A DNA stretch of 48,913 nt, counting the filler, from Stramenopiles sp. TOSAG23-3 (lineage: Eukaryota): NCBI GenBank assembly GCA_900128585.1. It is 4 parts of 4 records of this genome, joined end to end, with 100 filler letters (N's around TTAATTAATTAA, not from the genome) between each part and the next. Parts side by side here need not be neighbours in the genome. Positions count along the whole stretch, not along the records: positions 22,443 to 44,739 come from LT642339.1; positions 44,840 to 46,826 come from LT645177.1; positions 46,927 to 48,913 come from LT645178.1; 1 more part is not named here. The stretch is one strand, 5' to 3'. Below are positions 42,523 to 48,913 of the stretch, piece by piece. The notes below the pieces were generated by a model, which was not told the origin of the DNA, did no database searches, and saw only the letters and a list, made by a program, of their open reading frames with translations. The position numbers and the translations under genes were made by a program. How positions within the stretch are numbered: position 1 is the stretch's first letter; every line of letters begins with the position of its first letter.

Positions 42523-44016
42523 ATGAGCGAACAGTTTGACACCGTCTGCGACGGGATAGAGTTGACGCAGCCACAGGAAGGGTTGGGCGCGAAAGTTTCG
42601 AATGAACCCGGAAATTCGCCCGTGAATGCTAGTCCTGGGGGGGGAACGATGTGTGCAAAGTCTGCTAGGTGTTGGGGGAAATGCTGCTGCTGTGTGCCAA
42701 CCTCGTGCTGTGGAAAACGAGAGAGCAAAATAGTAGCCGTGTTGAAAGTTTTTGACGCTGTTGCAAAAGTAATGCTGGGGATCCTCACTGCCACCAGTGG
42801 TTTTGAAAGCCGCAGTTTCTTTATTTTGACGTTAATATTCCGCACATTTTTCGGCGGATTTATATTTTTTGATGCAGTGGCCAAATGCGTGGCGTATTGC
42901 TTTGAATTTATCCTGCCTTGGTCTGGGAAAAGTTGCGAACCACCTTCCGATTCTCGCTGGCCTCTCCCCGTTCGAGTGTTGAGGGCAACTTGCCTCCTTG
43001 TATCACCTATTCTAATTTGCGTCCCGTTCACGAAAGCTGGTGTGATAGAGGCCCAACTACGGAAGGACGTGACGAACTTATGGGGCAGCCAACGTTTGCC
43101 ATACCCGGTTGGTGTGACACCGAGCATATTTGCGTGGTCGATCGGCCCGCTAGTTTCACTGTCTACCATTTTCAGACGACCGGACGAGACAAGAACGTAC
43201 AAAGAAATAACCGGCGAGAAGCCTCCATTGACAAAGTTGACGTATGGGATTTTTGATTACCGCAACGAGCCTTTTCCTTCAAAGATGAAGCTTGACGCGT
43301 ACTTCCCGCAACAAAAATCTTTGAAACCACCGAGCGGGTTGTGGCCCGTCGTTGTGTATTTTCATGGTGGAGGATGGACTTACCGCAACCGAAGGGATAT
43401 CCCAGTGGGCATTGTTGATTTTTTACTGGAGCGCGGTGTGGCGTTTGTCAGTGTTGAATACAGGTTGTTGCAGCATGGGTGGAATGGATCCCATATCTTA
43501 GCAGATGCAGCAGATGCAATGGCCTACCTCCATATGAACGGTGCAAAGGAATTGAGCGTAAACATGAACAAGTCCGTTATCTCTGGGAACTCCGCAGGGG
43601 GGCATTTAGCCTTGGTGACTGGGCTGACCTCTCCAAAAAATCAAATGGTACGAGGGATCATCGATTTTTGTGGCGTGAAACCCAGCGAAAAGGACTTAAA
43701 TAGAGATTACGCAGAGACGTCGAGCTACTACAGATTTACAGAGAACAAGCGCTGGATGAAACGATATTTTGTCCCAACGCTGCATGTGCGAAAGACATCC
43801 CCGCCAGTTTTTATGGTTCATGGAATGGACGACGTTTTGGTACCAATTTCTGTCTCTCGTCACCTGGCCAATGTGCTGAAAAACAGTAGCGTAAAGCATC
43901 AGTTGATTGCCGTGCCTGGTCAAATCCATGCCTGTGAAATTGAACCGTTTAGCCCATGCAGTCAGTATGCAAGTTTTGCCCTTCAATCGTTCCTTGCAAA
44001 TGTATTCGATTCGTAA
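42523..44016 (+). CDS. Alpha/beta-hydrolase esterase/lipase (HGGG, HSL/BD-FAE type) with N-terminal Cys-rich and TM segments
   Basis: PVVVYFHGGGW, SVEYRL, GNSAGGHLA (nucleophile), MVHGMDDVLVP (Asp), GQIH (His). N-terminal CWGKCCCCVPTSCC and hydrophobic helices. Confidence 0.9.
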   Translation: MSEQFDTVCDGIELTQPQEGLGAKVSNEPGNSPVNASPGGGTMCAKSARCWGKCCCCVPTSCCGKRESKIVAVLKVFDAVAKVMLGILTATSGFESRSFFILTLIFRTFFGGFIFFDAVAKCVAYCFEFILPWSGKSCEPPSDSRWPLPVRVLRATCLLVSPILICVPFTKAGVIEAQLRKDVTNLWGSQRLPYPVGVTPSIFAWSIGPLVSLSTIFRRPDETRTYKEITGEKPPLTKLTYGIFDYRNEPFPSKMKLDAYFPQQKSLKPPSGLWPVVVYFHGGGWTYRNRRDIPVGIVDFLLERGVAFVSVEYRLLQHGWNGSHILADAADAMAYLHMNGAKELSVNMNKSVISGNSAGGHLALVTGLTSPKNQMVRGIIDFCGVKPSEKDLNRDYAETSSYYRFTENKRWMKRYFVPTLHVRKTSPPVFMVHGMDDVLVPISVSRHLANVLKNSSVKHQLIAVPGQIHACEIEPFSPCSQYASFALQSFLANVFDS

Positions 44017-44326
44017 CACTTAGCTCTCCTTGTACCAGATTAATTGATTTGCCATCTGGTATTTCAATGTGTAAATTGAAATAAATTTGATTAGTCCTTT
44101 TGCTTTTTGTCGTCTTCTTGATAAACTTTTTTGTATAGAGATTCTCTTACTAATAAATGAAAAAAGGAACTGCTGTATATTTATAATATTAGTGGAAATT
44201 AGACGACTACACCCCCACAGTAACTTCTGCATGCTAATCATTTTATTGTAGTTCAAAAAATAGGCACACCTCTTCGGGTTATTAAGACCATGCCATGTTA
44301 CATAGGATTAACATGTACTTATTAGT

Positions 44327-44593
44327 ATGATTGATCCTCCAAGTGACTCCGATGAGTTCGGTGACGAAGTGATCTACTCACAAGAGTCTCCAAAGGTGGA
44401 TGACTTTATCACGGACTTCGACTGGGAATTGGATCGTTTTGTTGAGTTCAGATCGCCTTTCACAAGAAAAGAAATATTATCACCCGGTAATAATTCTTCT
44501 CATTGGAATAAAAATAATTCCTCAGCGATTGACAAACAACGACGAAACGAAATTAAAAAATTAAAAAATCAAGTAGTTAAACCATCAAGATAG
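44327..44593 (+). CDS. Hypothetical small acidic protein or gene fragment
   Basis: 88-aa ATG ORF with a protein-like acidic N-terminus; no recognised motif; near a gap. Confidence 0.25.
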   Translation: MIDPPSDSDEFGDEVIYSQESPKVDDFITDFDWELDRFVEFRSPFTRKEILSPGNNSSHWNKNNSSAIDKQRRNEIKKLKNQVVKPSR

Positions 44594-44739
44594 GATTAGG
44601 GTTGGAACTGAAATAGTAATATAATAATCATACCAAGTAGTACTTTGTACCAAATATAAGATTGTACTTCTTCTTGCGTCAAAGCTCTTGACGGCATCGG
44701 GCCACTTTTGATCTCTAAGGTCGCTACTACGAGAAATCC

Positions 44740-44839
44740 NNNNNNNNNNNNNNNNNNNNNNNNNNNNNNNNNNNNNNNNNNNNTTAATTAATTAANNNNN
44801 NNNNNNNNNNNNNNNNNNNNNNNNNNNNNNNNNNNNNNN
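44740..44839. other. Artificial scaffold spacer N44-TTAATTAATTAA-N44
   Basis: Linker at 44784-44795. Confidence 0.95.
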
Positions 44840-46711
44840 AGCTCGCGAGCTGGGCGGCGTATTCGTATTCTCTTCGAGGGTCTTCATCTTTGTTCACCCA
44901 TTGCGCCGTCAAAAGGGAGCGCCCTCTCCCGTCTAAGGCAAGGTTAGCTATCGCCGAGCACGCCGTGGCGCGAGTGAAATTCGAACGGCTAGCGAGCATC
45001 GCGCAGATGCTCGGAATGCAGTGGTTTGTGGCTACTTTAGACCGAACCAAATCGACGACCCCGTCAAAATTCCAATACGCGGAGTTCTCGGAGAAAATCC
45101 TTGGGAACAACCGGAAGTCACGCAAAGGACCCCAGTTTTCTCCGCCCTCGTAACTGTTCCCAAGAGTGAAGACTCTGGACTCCGGTCTGTAACCGACAAG
45201 AGTGTCTCCCATCTTCTTCCCGTTTAGAAAGAAGTCCATCACGGGCTGGTTCTCTAGGCCTTCCGCCCTCTGCCTTGAATAACCCATCAGGCAGAGATGA
45301 AACCACTTGGACTCCGTGCAATCCTCGTCATCGATTAGCGAAACACCCAAACAGTGCCAATGGGCGTACAGTGAGCTCGGGTCGGCGTTTCCGGCCTGCA
45401 ACGATCCTATTCGCCCTTCATCATCCGTACAAACGATTTTGTCCCCGTTCGTGCTCTGGATCAGTGTGTGCAGCTGACCCTTTTTTAGCCAAGCCCCTCC
45501 CCAAAACCAAACAGAAATGGTGAATTCCTTAGGAAGCTGAATGCCGTTGGGGTCTAGAATTATCGTGTCCATTTTTGAAAAGAAAACGACCCCAGGGGCC
45601 ACGCCTTTCCTTACGCCGCCCTGCTCCACGACCTTGGACTCGCTCTTTTTTGAAACGTGAACGGGCAGCGTGCCCTTCTTGGCCGCCGGAAAGTAATTCC
45701 CGCTCGAATCCAGAAACAGCCTTTCCTGGGACTCAAATGTCATCCAAAGCAAAAGTCCCCCGGGTGATTTTGCAAGACTGGAGAGGACAGAAAGAGACTG
45801 GGCCCGGGAGGAAACTTTAACGCTTAAGGTGTAAACGGTCATGGTTTGCTCCAGCCGCATGCACTGGTTCACGTAGTCCAGGCACGCCTCGTCGCAAATC
45901 CCTTCTCGGATCGAGTCAAAATGGGAAAGATTCGCGAGGCAGCTCATTGCCATCCACTTCTTTGTTGGGTCTGGTCGGCCGGTAAAGATACGTTTTACGA
46001 CCACCAGGATTGACTTCAGGTCAATTGCAAAATCGTTGTCGGGAGTGGTCCGTTAGTGACGTTTGATCGAATGGAATAGAAGGAAAGAAAGAACGGGGGT
46101 ACTTACCATCTGTGAAAACAAAATAAAAAATAGAAGAATATTGGAGGTAGTGTCCGTTAGTGACGTTTAATCGAATGAATAAAAATTAAAGAAAGAACGG
46201 GGGTACTTACCAAGGGTTTGAATGCCATCAGACGAATGTACTCTCCACGAAGGAACACATGGGCGGAGCTGAGGACGATAATTTGGAGAAGGATCTCCGT
46301 CTGGTCCGGGATGTTCTGAACGAGCATGTCAACGATGGTCCGCGGGCCTTTGTTCGAAAACGCCCTGACCGTTTGGCTGTACCGCAGCTCGTCGTCCTCA
46401 GATGCAAATACCCCGATGTCCAGCTGAAACCACTCCCTGATTATCAGCAGTGCCTCCCCTCTCACGTTTTCGTTGGGGCTATTGCAACAGGCTACAACAG
46501 TCTCGACGTCGTCCTTGAAGCTCCGCTGGGAGATCCCATGATCCTTCACCTGCTTGTCGCGAAAAAGGACGAGCTCGTTCACCACGTCTGTCGTGATCGC
46601 ATGCCTGATCTGCTGAAGCACGTCGTGCGCATGATCTTCCTCCTTTGCTTCGACAAGGAAATGCAACTCGTTCAGGAGTGAGAAAACGGGGAGGGATGCT
46701 TCGTTTCCCAT
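44840..46711 (-). CDS. N-myristoylated armadillo-repeat protein with an inserted LamG/concanavalin-like domain; exons 46711-46211, 46109-46107, 46013-44840 (3' truncated by gap)
   Basis: Start MGNEAS. ARM-like helices (AMSCLANLS, ACSAIANLA). LamG motifs EFTISVWF, WFHLCLM, FFLNGK, FTLGN...GPLRDFRLF. Two track ORFs joined by phase-0 GTAAGT introns give KPL-M-SIL. Confidence 0.65.
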
Positions 46712-46826
46712 GGAGTTTTCTGAAAGGAACAACCTAACCTACTTACTATAAAAAAATCTCCAAATTTCACTTGTATTCTTCATCAATTAGCACTTTGAAC
46801 TTATTTTAAATTACAGAAGACTGATT

Positions 46827-46926
46827 NNNNNNNNNNNNNNNNNNNNNNNNNNNNNNNNNNNNNNNNNNNNTTAATTAATTAANNNNNNNNNNNNNNNNNN
46901 NNNNNNNNNNNNNNNNNNNNNNNNNN
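46827..46926. other. Artificial scaffold spacer N44-TTAATTAATTAA-N44
   Basis: Linker at 46871-46882. Confidence 0.95.
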
Positions 46927-47005
46927 AAGAGAAGGAAAGAGAAGGAAAGAGAAGGAAAGAGAAGGAAAGAGAAGGAAAGAGAAGGAAAGAGAAGGAAAGA
47001 GAAGG
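46927..47005 (+). repeat. Decamer tandem repeat (GAAGGAAAGA)n, about 8 copies, running into the gap
   Basis: Perfect 10-nt period seen directly. Confidence 0.95.
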
Positions 47006-47331
47006 CCTTCAATTTTCTTGTTTAGAGAAGGCCTAATCAAACGAAAATCTGATGCATTTCCGGAAATCGTGAAACTAGCATTCGAGGTTCCGGACCGACC
47101 TAATTTGGCGGCTCGTGCAATCTTTACGCTCAATAAACTATATTATAAATTACATTGATTCTCACAAAGATGCGTTCTATAAGGGGTTTTCCTGCGTCAG
47201 AAAATTTAAGTTGAGTGTGGAACGTATGAATATTTTCAAAGTACCCAATTCTGGGTATGATATGTTGCAAAGTTTATTGTACAGTCAACAGGGATATACA
47301 ATGGACATAAGACAAAGTCTCGCGGGGATGG

Positions 47332-48441
47332 TCATACACGTTGACCATTACAAATCCACTCCTCTGTTACCCTTTTGTACTTGATGGTCTCCCGAAGATA
47401 GGTATACATGACATGGATGTTGCCATCGCTAGTCTGCAGAACAGTAGGATAACTAAATTCATAGGGTCCCTTATTTTTCCCCTCGAAATATTTTTCTGAC
47501 ACCCCGTGCTGAAGATTGCGTTGACAAGTCCAAGATTTTCCATTATCTTTTGAAATAGCAATGGCCAAAGGATCGCGCCAGTGTGTTGTTGGGTTGAAAA
47601 CCAGTACTATGTCACCAGATATCAACGTGTTTGCTTCGATGCCAGCATTATTGTTTGGTAACTGCGTTGGGCTTGGATCGCTCCAATCATTTGACATAAG
47701 AACTTTTGCACTGGATGCATAAATGTTCTTTGAACGCCTGTCTCGAAACAAGGTTAACCATGAATCACTCAAGTGAACCGTCGATGGTTGGACCAAATAT
47801 TGACTTCCCGCCAAAGGCATGAAATTCCATCCTTCAGTCGAACCAATATTTCTATCTGGTCCTGAAAAGCCAAAGATAGCGTAATTCTGATTGTCGAATT
47901 TCGAATTTGCATTGCTGGCATTGTAGAACGGAAACATTACTCCCCCATCGCCCGAAGGAATTATACGATTGCGCGAGAAGGCTCCAGGAACAGTTAACCA
48001 AGCTTTAGGTTTTGTCCAAGTGTCACCAAGATCATCACTTTGTAAATGCCATATTTGCGCCATAGCTTCTCCGCTGGATGCTGCTGCTTGGGAATGAAAT
48101 AAGTGCAGTCGTTTCTGAACTTTGTCATAAAATAACACAGGGTTTTGGTTCGAATACCCGTCTCTTTTCGAGAGCGTTGCAGCCGTGGTCCAACTAGTAC
48201 CATTCAGCCTAGAAAACACGATGGCACAGCCCGAGGCTTCTTCAGCCTTTCCCGAAAACCATGCAGCTGCCAGTCGTCCGTCTGGCAAAACTTCAATTGT
48301 CGATGCATGATTCGATGCATACGGAGGAATCATGTACGCACTGAATGATCCGTCTCCTTCTGGACGTATGACACCATCAAAGGCTGGGTGACCAAAGGCA
48401 ATAGGGAGTGCGCACACCAAAGAAAGAAGACACAGCAACAT
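47332..48441 (-). CDS. Secreted BNR/Asp-box beta-propeller glycosidase (sialidase-like, BNR_2 type)
   Basis: Signal peptide MLLCLLSLVCALPIAFG; HASTIEVLPDGRLAAAWFSG; NPVLF; Asp boxes SDDLGDTW and SKDNGKSW; EFSYP; IHVMYTYLRETIKY. First ATG at 48441. Confidence 0.85.
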   Translation of the reverse strand: MLLCLLSLVCALPIAFGHPAFDGVIRPEGDGSFSAYMIPPYASNHASTIEVLPDGRLAAAWFSGKAEEASGCAIVFSRLNGTSWTTAATLSKRDGYSNQNPVLFYDKVQKRLHLFHSQAAASSGEAMAQIWHLQSDDLGDTWTKPKAWLTVPGAFSRNRIIPSGDGGVMFPFYNASNANSKFDNQNYAIFGFSGPDRNIGSTEGWNFMPLAGSQYLVQPSTVHLSDSWLTLFRDRRSKNIYASSAKVLMSNDWSDPSPTQLPNNNAGIEANTLISGDIVLVFNPTTHWRDPLAIAISKDNGKSWTCQRNLQHGVSEKYFEGKNKGPYEFSYPTVLQTSDGNIHVMYTYLRETIKYKRVTEEWICNGQRV

Positions 48442-48913
48442 AGTACAAAGAAAAATCACAACTGTTATCCTGACAGCGAAGAGAAAATTTCTGTGAAGTT
48501 TTTCCAAAGGAACCTAATTGTTTTAGCCTTTCCGTTTTAAACAGAACAGGGATAATGGAATCAATGTACACTAACACCGCAACGTATTAACAACAAACAA
48601 ACAAGAAAACAGGATATGCATGTAAGCAAAAAGCCATTTCCAACCAAATATAATGACATACAACAACAACATTACAACACCACAGAGACAAAATAATAGT
48701 GATAATAAATAAAAAAATAGAAGACGACTTCTTCCTTCTTCTTTTTTTTGTGGTGCCTTCTTTCGATCCTATACTGTGTCCTATACTTTGCTTGTTGCAA
48801 TCCTATAATTTATTATCTTTTAATTATATAATTAAAAAAAATATTAAAAAATGAACTGACTTCATATTCCAGAGTTTTGTAATAAGTAGCTAGTAGTCTA
48901 TAATCTAATTAAT

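Noticed and set aside
44596-44739. Minus-strand open frames next to the gap (e.g. ...PSRALTQEEVQSY...) as a continuation of the ARM/LamG gene
   Set aside because: Too short, two frames are open, and it lies across an artificial join, so it cannot be assigned.
44784-44839. Apparent C-terminus X...LIN* of track ORF 44784-46004
   Set aside because: The stop codon comes from the synthetic TTAATTAATTAA linker.
1-48913. tRNA, rRNA, CRISPR arrays, transposase, reverse transcriptase or viral genes
   Set aside because: No recognisable motifs by eye; tRNAscan-SE, Infernal and RepeatModeler would be needed to exclude them formally.

Overview
Eukaryotic nuclear DNA from a gene-dense, intron-poor protist. 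A flagellated stramenopile-like heterotroph is my inference, not something the sequence proves. GC-richer coding regions alternate with very AT-rich, low-complexity intergenic DNA. It is a draft or binned assembly: two plain N gaps, and three 100-nt spacers of N44-TTAATTAATTAA-N44 that are artificial joins. I can support about 16 genes plus one gap-truncated gene end: a MIU-repeat/HSP20-like protein, Spc25, a FAM194/C3orf20-like protein, a 4-exon TMTC-like O-mannosyltransferase, an EGLN-like 2OG oxygenase, a C11orf65/MFI IQ protein, a two-pore channel, a U-box/ankyrin E3, a CLK/LAMMER kinase, a TMD0-like membrane protein, a membrane-anchored 4x pseudo-SOD, a giant ADAM-like protease with WW domains, a PAN/CAP/MARVEL membrane protein, a frameshifted NIPA transporter, an HGGG esterase, a myristoylated ARM/LamG protein and a BNR glycosidase. 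The most notable observations are: (1) two homologous introns flanking a 3-nt ATG microexon; (2) a conserved ~28-bp element found almost only between convergent gene ends; (3) three adjacent surface proteins with unusual nested or catalytically dead domain architectures; (4) GGTACC-based palindromic clusters in intergenic DNA. All domain calls come from motif recognition by eye; no searches were run.
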